NCBI GenBank assembly: GCA_965287045.1
Contig: OZ336885.1
Coordinates: 63,550,001 to 63,614,000 of the forward strand
Direction: 5' to 3'
DNA length: 64,000 nucleotides
From: Carcharhinus amblyrhynchos
Taxonomy: Eukaryota
The number at the start of each line of letters is the position of its first letter. The stretch's first letter is position 1. The translations under genes and the position numbers were made by a program. Of the stretch, positions 1-13,000 are shown piece after piece. Under the pieces are notes generated by a model, which ran no database searches, had not been told where the DNA came from, and saw only the letters and a program-made list of their open reading frames with translations.

Positions 1-693
1 ATATAATTTTTGCTGTCTCCCTATTTCTGTCTCAAAGCCTACCTTTTCAGGTTAAGTATAGTATTACAAACCTTTCCCATATTACTACCGATGTAGGTAA
101 AATAATTCATGTTGTTTATAAACAGCTCAAAAACCTGAGCTTGCAATTGTGACACATCAAACTTAGAAATAACCAAATTGACCTTCTATGTCCATGCAAA
201 CTGTCACATTCCTTTGTAATAAAAAGTTTCTCCACCAAATCTAATAGGCTAATTCCTGTAAAAATACTAACATGCATATTTACGTTCTTTTGACAGCAGG
301 TTTTTGACAGCTTTTATAAATTTCGCACGAAAACAAATCAATCGATTATCCTTCTTGTGATCACTGTAAGCATATCTTAAACGAATTGTTCAGAAAATTC
401 TCAAACTATCTGTCTTCTGCAAATCGTGTTTAGCTGCCCTGTGCATATTGTGTGTTTCAGTCTTTGATTTTGAAAACGACTTGCGTTCCCATCATTCCAC
501 TGATTTTTCTAGTTATCTCACTCTTTTGATACTTGAACAATGTTTTAATTTTTTACAGTTGCAAGTTATGCTGTTTCCAAATGAATGGAATTTTGTAAAG
601 TTAGCACCAGCACATCCACTATTGCATTTTGACCTACAGACTATAAGTTCAAAGGATGTGTCGAATCTGATACAGTTACGTTTGTCTGGTTTA

Positions 694-993
694 GCCATGG
701 TGGCACAATATTTAGTACCACTGCCTCACAGCGCAAGGGGCAGGGATTTGATTCCAGGCTTGGATCACGGTCTGTGTCGTGTCTGCACGTTCTCCCCGTG
801 GCTGCGTGGCGTCCCCCCCACCCCGCGTAGTCCATTTTCTTCCCACAATCCGAAAAAATGTGCAGGTTAGGACAATTTACCATGTTGAATTCTCCTTCAG
901 TGTCCCCGAACAGGCGACTGAGGATTTTTCACAGGAGCGTTTTTGCAGTGTTAACATAAGCCTACTTGTGATTAATAAACGAACTTTAAACTT
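694..993 (+). mobile_element. tRNA-derived V-SINE, diverged, with non-CR1 tail
   Basis: tRNA-like head (tggtggcaca...gatttgattcc), V-domain-like 'tctgcacgttctccccgtg', tail 'gcagtgttaacataagcctacttgtgattaataaa' shared with the copies at 33281, 53684 and 59163. Confidence 0.8.
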
Positions 994-1637
994 GTTTGTC
1001 AAGTGCGTTCTTTATCTTTGGCTGTTAATGCATAATACCGTGAGGCTGCGTTGCAGGCATCACGCCCTTTAACTCTGGTATGGAGCTCGTATCTTCCACT
1101 TCCAAATGGAGTAAAAAAAATCCAATGTATCTGCCACTTCCAACTTTGATATGATGGTTTCGCGAATTCCAGTTGATGTTTCCACAAATGGCACAATTCA
1201 CATCTGGTTCATATGCGCACTATAGGTCTGAAAATATTATATCTTGGCTGTAGCATTATTTTGTCAATTCTTTTATGTTTAACAAATGTCTAATATCCCA
1301 TATAATTTGTCTAAATGATTGCAATTCTCAAAAATGTTCTTGTCTACAAGAATTACTTGTGGGTCGAATGACCTGTTTGTGTTGTAGTCTTCTAATATAA
1401 TTATAGTTTAATACTTCATTGTTATTATCCTAATAATAGCGTGCTCATATTCTGGTGTCTGTTGATATAGAATATCTTTTGGAAATAGAGGAAACAGGAT
1501 CACTGATACATCCACTCGATATTAAATTTCCATTTGTATCAACATTACCATTCAAAGAGCAATCGTGTTCCAAGTTAATACTGAGTATTATATTGGAAGA
1601 TTGCTTTTGTTTCCGTATGCATGTAATGAATCCTCAC

Positions 1638-1673
1638 CTGAATCATTAGATATTTTCTTGCGAACTTCAGGTT
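1638..1673 (-). CDS. micro-exon 20 of the minus-strand coiled-coil gene, 36 nt, phase 1-1, (Q)PEVRKKISNDS
   Basis: ttttcttctttcacaccttag|aacctgaagttcgcaagaaaatatctaatgattcag|gtgagg; strong acceptor and donor; an internal AG gives an in-frame 27-nt form (1638-1664). Confidence 0.7.
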
Positions 1674-1825
1674 CTAAGGTGTGAAAGAAGAAAACTACTC
1701 GTGCATTACAGCACAGGAAATATTTTGCATAAAGACGATTTTCCCTTTCAACAAATGTTCATATTATTGACCAAAGTTGTACTGCTTTTAAAAACATAAG
1801 TATATCTCATGTCTCTTGAAATACA

Positions 1826-1826
<1 letters not shown>

Positions 1827-1875
<49 letters not shown>

Positions 1876-1877
1876 CA
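1827..1877. repeat. (CA)n microsatellite
   Basis: direct reading. Confidence 0.97.
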
Positions 1878-3784
1878 ATGTGTGGTAACGGTCATTATTG
1901 GCATTGAAAGTAGGAAGAGGAATGAACATTCTCCCCACCGAAAATATTTTCAAAAGCGAGTTAAACGTCATTGCTTATGCTTTTGTCGTCATAAGTTTAC
2001 AATTACAATACGATTGCATTGTCAACTGAATTGCAGAAAACCTTTGCAGTAAGTCTTTTCATTTCAAAATAACGGATGCAAAAAAAACTAAGGAGCGTTT
2101 ATGCTTAATGTATACATTAACATAGTTCAAATAAATAACTAAATAATGCATATCGAGCAATCCTGGATTCATTTTCTTTTAACCATCACGTTTATTTATT
2201 TTTAATGCCATTTTGTTGCATTATGTTAGAAACAATCCCTTCAGCAATGATTGTTGCGACGGTAGTGTTATATTGAGAGAGAGGGGGTTTGCTGAATCAC
2301 TCACAGCTGTATTTGCGTCTTAAAAGTAAAGTTGAAGATCTGTTAACCGATTCCAAGCCAGTTAAACTAAAAGTGGTCTAATAGATCTTAACTTCGCTAA
2401 AGAAGTTCTGGGGGCTGAATATGCTTCGCATATTAGCGAATACATTTTACAATGACAGAAACAATACGACACCTGTTGAATTGACAAAGAGGCTTAAGTA
2501 GGGTTCAACTGGGGGCAATAGGGAAGATGAAATTTAAACGGAATTAGTCAAGTATTTAGCTGTATCAGAGAAAAAGTCAGGTGTAGTGTAAATAGAAATA
2601 AAGCAATTGCAAATGAGGCGATCTGTGCTTGAACTTGATTTACTGGTATTAACTACTGCCACTCGCAGTACAGAATCGCATTCAGATGATACGGATTTTG
2701 TTGAATCTGAGAAGAAATTTAACAATGATACAGTACTAAAGGAATGGAACAGGATTGTGATCTATCCACCTCATAAAAAAAAAATGAAATTGCTACAGTG
2801 CCGCAATGACCGATGTACAATGAGGAGTCTCACAACCAGGTTAAACAATGGTTAAAGGCTCATCTCAGTCGCCAAGTACCAACAGAAAATAATGGAAGCA
2901 GAAGGTAAAACATGTAGTATAATCCAAAAAAATCAGTAATTGTTGAATTTTGGATGTGACAATGTTGTTTTAGAAGTGTTAGTTGCATTTATCTAACAGC
3001 ATTTCGTTAGAATATTGTTCTATTCAGTTTGTTAATAGTTAGTTAGGCTGTTCAGAGTTAGTCCAATAAATGGAGTGTGACATCTTGCTTTTGCAGACAA
3101 AGCCTCGGTGAGTTATTTTTTATTTAGCCAATAAAAGTTGCTAAAACGCAGAAAGTACGCCTGCTCACACATTCTTTAACATGTTATGAGGAAGCTACTC
3201 CTCTGTGAGTGGCTGAGGATTAGTTATCAGAGAGCAGATACGTCGCCCGCATCCCCCACAAGCCCTCACCACTGCACCCCCCCCCCCCCCCGATCATCGT
3301 GAACAAGAAGAATGTCGCAATTCCAGGGATTTTTGTCTTCATAATTAGACGTATTAAAAAATAGATTACATGCAAAATGAGAATGTTACTCCAAACAACA
3401 CATCTGGCAACGCAATGTGACTGGCATGTATAGCATATGGGTCTTTTTTTCAGTAAAGGAAAATATATCTTCCTCTGGACAGAAATGCAACAATTGTCGA
3501 TGGATGAAAATCCATGCTTGCACAAAACCATGAATTTCGAAGAGCTGCAACGTGTACTACGTTTGTGTCCTACTACGAGCAGCTTCAATGTAGTTTTCAG
3601 TGAAGAAGTATTTTTGAAACTGGGATGTATATGTACTTTGCCTGAAATCTCAGAACGTTATGACGACACCATTATCAGCTAAGTATTTTAAACCTTAAGC
3701 TGGGAGGAGAACATCAACCAATTCAAAAAAGGTATGGAGACGCATGATTATTGTCAACATCATTATTCCTTGCACAACATTATT

Positions 3785-4382
3785 CCCGCCTGTATACGGC
3801 ATTGGTGAGGCCGCAGCTGGAGTACAGTGCGCAGTTTTGGGCGCCGTACTTACGCAAGGATATTTTGGCCTTGGAGGGAGTGCAGAGGAGGTTTACTAGG
3901 CTGATGCCGGAGTTGAGGGGGTTGAGCTATGAGGAGAGGCTGAATAAACTAGGCTTGTAATGGTTAGAGTTTAGAAGAATGAGGGGAGATCTCATTGAGA
4001 CGTATAAGATGATGAATGGGATGGATAGGATAGAGGAGAGACTCTCCCCGCTTAGAAAGGACAGTAGGACTAGGGGGCACAGCCTCAAGATAAAGGGCGG
4101 GGGGCGGTTTAGAACGGAGTTGAGGAGGAACTTCTTCACTCAAAGGGTGGTGAATCTCTGGAATTCTCTGCCCGTTGAAGTGGTGGAGGCTACCTCGCTA
4201 AACATTTTTAAGACGCGGGTTGATGGGTTTTTGATAAGAGAGGGGATTAAGGGTTATGGGGAGAGGGCGCGAATGTGGATCTGAGCCACGACAGATCAGC
4301 CATGATCTTATTGAATGGCGGGGCAGGCTCGAAGGGCTAGATGGCCTACTCCAGCTCCTATTTCTTATGTTCTTATGTTCTT
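3785..4382 (+). mobile_element. young CR1 LINE, 5'-truncated 3' end (copy 1)
   Basis: ORF2 C-terminus LVRPQLEY...RRNFFTQRVVNLWNSLP with one premature stop; (TTCTTATG)n tail. Confidence 0.95.
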
Positions 4383-4627
4383 TTGTTCAACCCCAATGTT
4401 AGTCAATTTCAATCCACACAGAACTTTGGAGCATGTAAAGAACACATGAAACTAATGTATCCGGCCGGTGAGGACCCAAATGACCGGTTGTATTATTGAT
4501 AGTTTATTACCTTGAAGGGCAAAAAGACGGATTACGGTTTGCAATTAAACATTTCAATGCGGACTTCAGTCCTTTCAATTTGCTAATGAAATGTGCAATT
4601 TTCAATAGTGAACAGTTAATACATTAC

Positions 4628-4654
4628 GCGCAAGACACTGACTCAATCTGTCTC
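4628..4654 (-). CDS. micro-exon 19, 27 nt, phase 1-1, (R)DRLSQCLA
   Basis: ttttctgttcttttcttttacag|gagacagattgagtcagtgtcttgcgc|gtaatg; paralogous to 50160-50186 (DDKLNRCLK); donor weak. Confidence 0.75.
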
Positions 4655-5451
4655 CTGTAAAAGAAAAGAACAGAAAATGATTGAAGGAATGGAATAACAA
4701 ATTAAATAATTTAGATCCTGTACACAACAATGTACTCTATAATGTGTGAACTGATCGAAACTTGCAGACAATGTGACATAGAAAATGTGTGTTTCCAATT
4801 CGAGCATGGATTATCCATTATCAATATTTAACGTACTCACTGTCCATTCTAACTGCAACCTTTAATATGCATTCCATCATTGTGTACCATATATCCGCCA
4901 TTTAGCGTCAATCAATATGTCGTTTTTATTGCACGACTAGATGGCTTAATCAAAAATAATTGCCCAGGAATGTTATCCTGAATCTGCACAAATAATACTG
5001 TGAAGATAACTGTTCCAAAATAATACCAAAATGCACTCGCGTCTTTTTTTTTGTTTCCTCTCTGTTCTGCTCTTCTCAAGAGTTGGAAAAAATTTGTTTT
5101 TTTTTCAAGTCTATTTCGTTCGCCTTCCAGCCCCTAATTGGAACACTTATCCGTCGTAAAACAAAAATAAAGAAAATGACAGATAACGTTCAGTTCCCCC
5201 GACTTACAGAGTATCTTCAAACATTATCATGTCATTTCGTTTATACAAATATTATGCAATCAGTCGTTCACTTTATTTCGAGCAGACGAGCACAGCGTTT
5301 ACATATGTTCATTGTGACTGGAAATGCAGAAGATATTTACATTCTAACAATTAACAATGAAATTTAAGACAATCCCAAAAAATGCGTATATCGGAATTAC
5401 TGCATCAAGAGAAATAGTTGTCAATGTTTTTTTTAAAAGAACTATGCTCAC

Positions 5452-5478
5452 TATGTTCGGCAACCCTTGTCTTTATCT
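5452..5478 (-). CDS. micro-exon 18, 27 nt, phase 1-1, (E)IKTRVAEH
   Basis: tttatctttcag|agataaagacaagggttgccgaacata|gtgagc. Confidence 0.72.
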
Positions 5479-6773
5479 CTGAAAGATAAATATCAGCAAA
5501 ATTATGGGAAGAAAACAACTGTTGCAACAACAAAATGTCTGCTAGATTATCGTACATTGCCACGCTTGAGTCATACGCTTATTCAGGAAATGCAAATTAA
5601 ACGGACAAACTCAAATCAACTTAAGTAGTGGACGTGAGAACACACACACTGGCGGGAAGTGCACAGTTTCACACATACCCCGATATGAGCAATGGAGATA
5701 ATGGGAAAGTTGATGCTCGACGAAATTCCCGATTTAGAGCACCAGTCCAGTTCAGGGAATTCAAGAAATTACTTATTCGACTTAAAACTTGTTGTTTCCC
5801 AAGTGCAGAAAAATATTTTTCGGCAGCTTAGTGAGGCACTGATAAAATATTTCAGAAACTACACAACACTGTCAATGGCAAAACGACATTGTTTTGAATA
5901 CCAACATAAACATCATTGCTGACAGAAGCACAATGTCTAAACGTGAAAAAAAGGCAGATTAGATTACACTGCAACTGTTTTCCGCGACATCCACTCTTCA
6001 ACCCCTTGAACACAATATTCTAATGATTGTCCCAGGTTTCATCAGGTATGACGAACATTTTCGTAAATGTCACACTTCTTCACTCCTTCCCTGTAAAATA
6101 AGGAACAACTGTATAAAATATTGTCAATACGTTATGAGACAAGCGCCTTTTGAAAACAAAACAAAGATATAAGTAAGTGTCTCTGGGGAAAAAAGAAAAA
6201 AAGAATCAATGAATGGTAAATGGACAATGGACTTTTCATGCTCTGGTAGAACCCAATGTTTCAGTGTTAGGCAGTTCTGCAGTTAATAGGTCAGAATGGA
6301 AAGAGGAAAACCCAACTACATTTTTTTTTGTCAACACGTAAAGGTTTTCACAAGCCGCTAGCCTACTTATCTCCACAAATATTGGTGGTCTATTGAGTGT
6401 CAGGGCAGTAGAAACGCAAAATCATTTTAGGCAGTTAGGTTCGAGGTCATCTGTTCAATGTTGTCTAATATATTACGGTATGCATAAGTGTTTCTTTGCA
6501 GTTATTTATCAAGTTGTCCACGAGGAAACTTGAAACAAAATAATATTTATTTAATGGCCTTGTTAGGTTTGAACCAACATAACTGGCATAGTTTTTTTTT
6601 TACCAATAACAATACTTAGGCGTAGCAAAATAGAATTCCTAACAGCCAGCTAGTCCTGTTGATCCAAATTAAATTCCCCCACAAAGATATATGGACTGCC
6701 TTCGAGTAATGTAGAATGCCTTCCTGACACTGGTGTTTCAGCATTAACAAAAAACTTCTGGATTCTTTTTTTT

Positions 6774-6775
<2 letters not shown>

Positions 6776-6845
<70 letters not shown>
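6776..6845. repeat. (TG)n microsatellite
   Basis: direct reading, about 35 units. Confidence 0.97.
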
Positions 6846-6848
<3 letters not shown>

Positions 6849-9078
6849 TTTCCACACACACAAAAAAAACACTCACATACAGCAGAATCTCCATAAATGA
6901 GTGTTTTTTTTCTCGAAGTAAATGTGAGACTTCAACTTCAGAGAGGGGGAAAAAGAAGTTCATTCTCTGACTTAGAAAAACAACAACTGAGGATAAGTAT
7001 TCTGTGTATGCCCATCATCCCTGACGCATAAACACACGTTCCATTCATGACAATCCATCCCCACCCTGGAGCAATTATAGGGTAAAGGAATCGATCAACA
7101 TTGGATTCGATTGAACTCAGCATTCTTGCCATTAGAATCAATTATGTTGTTGTTGTAACAATGCAGGATGCCGGTATTCAGGCCAGCTCTGAGTGTCTAA
7201 ACCTGCCACAACAGATCCTGCAGAAAACATTTCTTACAAAAACACTATTGGCATACCTCTCACTTTAAAAAAAAACATCGTTCTGCATAAACGGCTTTTT
7301 TGTTTTAATTCTTCATGTTTGACACTGTCAGTAAGCTACAATGTATGCATTTCATAAAATCTAGATTCATTATTGACATTTTTGTGGGGAGCAATAAGAT
7401 TATGCGTAAACCATTTTGAACAGGGAGGCCAATTTTTGATGGGATAGGGATACCCCATTACACGGGGCCGACATTGAAGTTAAAATGAGGCAAGGATCAC
7501 ATCATTCATATCGCATCAGATTTAAAGAACAGTTCAGGTTTCTCCATGTCTCGCGCAAATTCTTAGGTAAACTAATACCTGCCAGCTGCACTCCAAACTA
7601 TTCATCACAAAAAAAAGCAACAATATTCTCCTGCACTCACTGTCACTGGAACTCAACGAACGTGTCATATGTATAGTATGCACATATTAAACATACAGGC
7701 CACACCGGTTAATAATTGCAAATTGCTGGTCTGCTGGAATAAAGGATTTAGAACCCACAATAAGCATGTCAGCGAAGCCTACAGATCTGTATGATAACGA
7801 TGATGAACATGATGAAGATGATAATGAAATTAATAATTACAATATTCGTAAACATATGCAATTCTGCACTCTTTCCATCCTTGCACTTCTGCAGACGATT
7901 TTCTTAGTAATACCAAATGTATTTTATTACATGCATAAACATGCATAATGCTATGTATATTTTTCAGTTGGGATTTATGTGTAAACAATTTTCACACGCG
8001 CCAGATATACGTATGTATTCCATAAAGAATAATTGATTTTTTTTGTGTTATAGAGTTGACCACTTATTGCAACATGTAACAATTATTAATTAATGGCGTC
8101 TATGCTAAAAATACATTAGCACCTGTTGCTGCACTTGTAATGCGCTGGGGTGACACTTAGGCTTCTCCCGTTTACAATCCCGAATTCGGCCATAATATGA
8201 GGCTAATACAAAATAATATTCCGAATTGATCGTGACAGCTTCAATTTTCATCATAATGTCGCAACAATTACAACAATATCTATTCTTCAGGCTTTCATCG
8301 TTTGCATTTGTAAACAATCCACGGAAGATTGAGAGCAAGTGAATTGTTTCCAGCTCAAGTGTGTACTGCTTCCGGATGCTCTAGGAAAATACAAGACATA
8401 TTGAAAAAAAAACATCTCTGACAGACAAAGTTGAAGAATTACAGAGGGATGCCAACAAACGTACAAAGAAGCCGTGAATAGAAGTACCGTAAGAATGATG
8501 TACGGCAAGAACGAACATTATATAAATCTGGGATGAACGGAGCAGTAAGCAGCATATGCCTGGAAACCAATGATTTGCAAAGGTTGGTGTGAATGTGTGG
8601 AGTAATGGGAATACAATTTAGCAACACTGAACCCTGCAGAAATCCAGGCCACCGTGTGCGTCAGCTATACAATTATCAGTAAAAGTTTAAAGAGTTATTG
8701 TCGCCTGTTGCAGTCAGAGGGCTTAGAGTGCAGTGATGGTAGATTGGTATGTCTGCACAACCTCCAAAATGAGTTGATTTCGACGGACAGGACATATTGC
8801 ATTTTGCGGTTGGGAGAGCCAAGAAGAAACGTGTGGAAGTTTCAAGGCTGCAAACGAAGATGAAAAATGTAAGTTATGTTAAATTTGTAAGAAGTTATCC
8901 CTGGAAATGTCTCCTCGGAACGGTGGAATCTAAATTAGAAATATCCAGGCATATGTTGAGAATGCAAAGAGATTTCTTTTTAATTTGTATTCTGAAATTG
9001 TGATAAAATATGTCATATATATTGAATATTCACGCATGATTTGCGATTAGGTGTAAACGTTTTGATGGCTATGCAAAC

Positions 9079-9114
9079 CTGCGTCTCGAAAATCTTGTTT
9101 TATTTTTGCTATAT
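9079..9114 (-). CDS. micro-exon 17, 36 nt, phase 1-1, (D)IAKIKQDFRDA
   Basis: catttctgtctcaatttcag|atatagcaaaaataaaacaagattttcgagacgcag|gtttgc; positional and length paralog of 51577-51612. Confidence 0.7.
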
Positions 9115-10301
9115 CTGAAATTGAGACAGAAATGCACAATTATTCCTTTGAAATATTGCCAGTGCAATAGTTGTCGGCATGTGCAATACTAATACATATA
9201 TCATCAGAGCGGACTCTGGCCGTTCGCTGATTATTTACTCTCGGGAAAATTAATCTGCCGTGTTCCAAAAGCTCAAGTAATACAATAAAAATGAATGGTG
9301 CTTAAGAGAACCAATTATAAATCTAATAAATGCGGTTTTTTTTTTGTAAATTCTTGAACACGTCTGTTCTGTCATTCATTTTCTCTCTCTCCGACTCTTT
9401 CTGAACCTTCCCTCATCCACTGCTCCTTTCCTCGACAGGTTATTAAATTGGAGACAATATAACAAATCTTTGAAGCGGCTCCTATTACACGGTTGTTTCA
9501 ATTCTCAGCCGGAATCCTGTCGAGGTCATTACGGTTGTAATTAAAATATGGCGTAGCACACTCTCCTTACAGTTTGCACGGCAGACACAACTTAGAATGC
9601 AGTTCAAGTGCGGCCTCGCCTGTTTCTTCAGGTTGGGCATTCACTTCAAAAATTATATAAGGCATTCGACTGAAAATTACAGTACATTAATTCTAATTGA
9701 TTAATTGCCATTGATTAGTGAATGTTGGGATGCATTTCTTTTAACGTCGCCAACTTTTTTTTAATAAATAGCGTTTTTACATTTCTTCAGCTCGTATTCT
9801 ATGATAGACAATAATTTCTTATTGATATGGACAGTTGAATAGATCAAGTGCTGGCGGTTCAACTCACAATTTTTGATTGTTGACTTTTGCAAACAAATGA
9901 ATTATTCACTTTGTCATTTTTTAGCAATCATGCAAGGCAGAAGTTTTTTTTTGCAGAGCAGCATTTGAGTTCGCAAAATAATTGAGGATTAATACAGACT
10001 AATATTCTTAACAAAGATAAATAGCATCAAAACAAGTATTTAACGATGATCGGAAATGCTTAGCGATTGATCAACCCGCAGACGGCATGATGCCATTACC
10101 TAGGAAATAAATATTGGAAACTATGGAAACACACAAATTGGCCTGGAACCTCTTCCACGAGCAGCAGCTTTCATTTCATAACAGGCACTGAACCGCTCAC
10201 CAGCCAGAAGTTTGCAGCTGTGCCTCTGCGTGGCTAAGACATTGCATGCATTCCAGATATTTGCGTTATATTTTGCACCAATAGCACTCAGAGTTCTGGA
10301 T

Positions 10302-13000
10302 GAACAAAGAAAAAAGAAAATTGCAGCATAGGGGCAGGCCTTTCGGCTCCACAAGGCTGTACGGACAACGCTAAACTGAAATCCCCTATCTTTCCCGGGA
10401 CCATACCCCTCTGTCCTCATCTCTAAATGTATTTGTCGAAAAGCCCCTGGCAACTAATTATTACATTTCCTTCCACCTCCTCCCCCAGCAGAGAGTTTCA
10501 GACAACCACCTCCCTCTGTGTAAAAAAGAAGCCTCACACATCTCCATTAAACTTATCCTTCACACCGTCAACTACCCCAGTAATTGACTCTTCCAACCGT
10601 GGAAAATCCTTCTGACTATCCGCATTGTCCACGTCCCTCATAATCTTCCAGACTTCTATCAGGTCGTCCTTCAACCTCTGTCGTTTCAGTGAGAACAAAC
10701 CAAGTTTCTCCAAAGTTGTCTCATGCTGCCTGGACGTCCATGCCAGGCAACATCCAGGTAAATGTTTGATGTACCCCCTACAAAGCCTTCACAGACTTCT
10801 GGTTGTGTGGCGACCAGAATTGAACAAGGTATTCCAAATGCAGTCTAACTGAAGTTCCCTAAATCTGTAAAATGACTTGCCAATGCTAAAACTCAATGCC
10901 CCGGCCAAGGAAGGCACGCACAACATATGCGTTCTTGAGAACTTCTCCACCTCTGTTGCCACTTTCAGTGACTTGTTTACCTCTACACCCAGATCCCTCT
11001 GCCAATCAGTACTCTTAATAGTTCTGCCGTTTTCTGTATATTTCCTATCATTATATGACTTTTCAAAATGCGTTAAGTCGCATTTTTCCGGATTAATCTC
11101 GATCGGCCATCTCTCCTCCTAAGCCTCCAACTGGTCTCTACCCTGCTGTTTCCCCTGACGTTCGTCATTACTGTCCACAAATCCCCTAACCTTTGCGTCA
11201 TCCACAAACTTACTAATCAAACCAGTTGCATTTAAAAAAAAACATTTCGATATATTTGAAGCAGCAAAGGACCCAGCACTGATCCACAAGGTACGCCACT
11301 TGTCAAAACCCTCTATTTTAAAACACACTCGTCCAGTGCTACTGTCTGTCTTCTACCACTGAGCGCGTTCTGTTTCCACCTTGCCAGCTCACCTCTGATT
11401 ACATGTACCTTCATCTTCTGCAACCATCGCCACGAGGAACCCTGTCAGAAGCATGACTGGAGTCCATGGAGACAACACCCACTGCTTTAACTTCATCAAT
11501 CATCTTTGTCACTTCCTCGAATAACGCAATATGTTCGCGCGACACGACCTTCCCTTCGCAGAATCATTTTGCCTCTCACCAATATGTCCACTTCGTTCCA
11601 AGTGCGAGTAAATCCTGTCTCGGAGAATGTTCTCCAATAATTTCTTTACCACTGACGCAAGCCTCACTGGCCCGTAATAACGTGGATGATCCTCACTATC
11701 TTTCTTAAACAAAGGAACAACATTGTGTATTCTTCAATCCTCTCAGACCCCCCTTTAGTCAGTGAGGATACCAATATTTTTCTTAAGGCCCCAGGATTTT
11801 TTTTTCTTGCCTTTCGCGTATTTTGTGACATACTGCATCAGGCCGTGGGGACTTGTCTACTTTAATGTTTCTCAAGAACCCGAATACCACCTCCTTTCTG
11901 ATCTCAACATGACCCAAACTGTTTACACACCCTTTCCAAGATTCGTCATCCACCAAATCCTTCTCTTTGGTGACTAGTGGCACAAAGCCCTCAAATACCT
12001 CGTCCGTTTTCTCTGGCTCCATGCATAATTTCCCTAGTCTGTCCTTGAGGGGGACAACCGTCTCCTTCTCTATCCTTTTGCTCTTTATACGTGTGTAAAA
12101 ATCCTTGGGATTTTCCCTAATCCTGCTGGCCAATGATATTTCATGATAACTTTTCGCCCTCCTCACTCTTTGTTTAAATTTCTTTCTATTTTTTTCTTGT
12201 ATTCCACACTTGTTTCATGCACTTCCAGCTTCCTAGTTTTAACAAATGTTTTCTCTCTCTCTTCTCTCTCTCTATCTCTCTCTCTCCCCTTGACTGGGCT
12301 CACAATATCACTCGTTATCCAAGGTTCCCAAAACTTGCCATACTTACCCTACATCCTTACCAGCATGTGTCTGAATCTCTGTCAACCTTAACTTGAATGC
12401 TTCCCACATGCCAGATGTTGATTTGCCTCGAACATCTGCCACCAATCTGCATTCTGCTGTTCCTGCCGTCTACTGCTGTAATTAGCCTTCTCCCAGATTA
12501 GCACCTCAATTTGATGAATACTCTTTTCCTTATCCATCAGTACCTTAACACTTGCTGAATTGTGGTCTGTGTTCCCAAGCTGCTCCCTTACTTAAACGTC
12601 GACAACCTGGCTCATTCCCCAATTCCAGGTACAGTGTGGTCCCTTCCCTGGTTGGAATATCTGCATACATTTTCAAATACATACAATTTCAAGAACCCCT
12701 CCGGGATGCTTTTTACAAACTCTGCCCCATCCACAACCCTAGCGCTAAGTGAGTCCCAGACAGTATGTAAATTGAAATCTCCCACTACCACAACACTGTT
12801 AACTTTACCAAATTTACCACTTTGCCAAAATCTGCACTACACATTTTTTTCTATCTCCTGCTGGCTGTCGGGTTGCCTCTCGTAAACGCCCAACATTGTG
12901 ACTATACCCCTCTTATTCCTGAGCTCCCCCATATTTCCTCACCTTACGAGCTCTCCATGCTATCTTCCCACAGTACTGTTGTTACATTCTCCTTAAGCAG
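10302..13000 (-). mobile_element. old degenerate CR1 LINE (endonuclease-RT remnant plus 3' tail)
   Basis: frameshifted fragments RIRENPKDFY, KVDKSPRPD, YGPVRLASVVKKLLE, ISKFVDDAKV; tail gaacaaaga...caggcctttcggc at 10302. Confidence 0.9.

Noticed and set aside
1039-1074. 36-nt phase-1 open segment ELKGVMPATQPH on the minus strand
   Set aside because: Both splice sites are weak and it does not resemble slot 1/11; cannot be fully excluded.
3097-3107. + strand 11-nt segment with good acceptor and gtgagt donor
   Set aside because: Not a multiple of 3, isolated, and on the opposite strand to the supported gene.
6042-6090. Minus-strand acceptor followed by EGVKKCDIYENVRHT-stop, resembling a receptor tail with a YENV motif
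   Set aside because: It needs phase 2, whereas the array is phase 1 (where it reads GKE-stop), and it lies between exons 17 and 18; probably chance.
6616-6970. ORFs containing poly-HT or poly-CV
   Set aside because: Artefacts of the (TG)n microsatellite.
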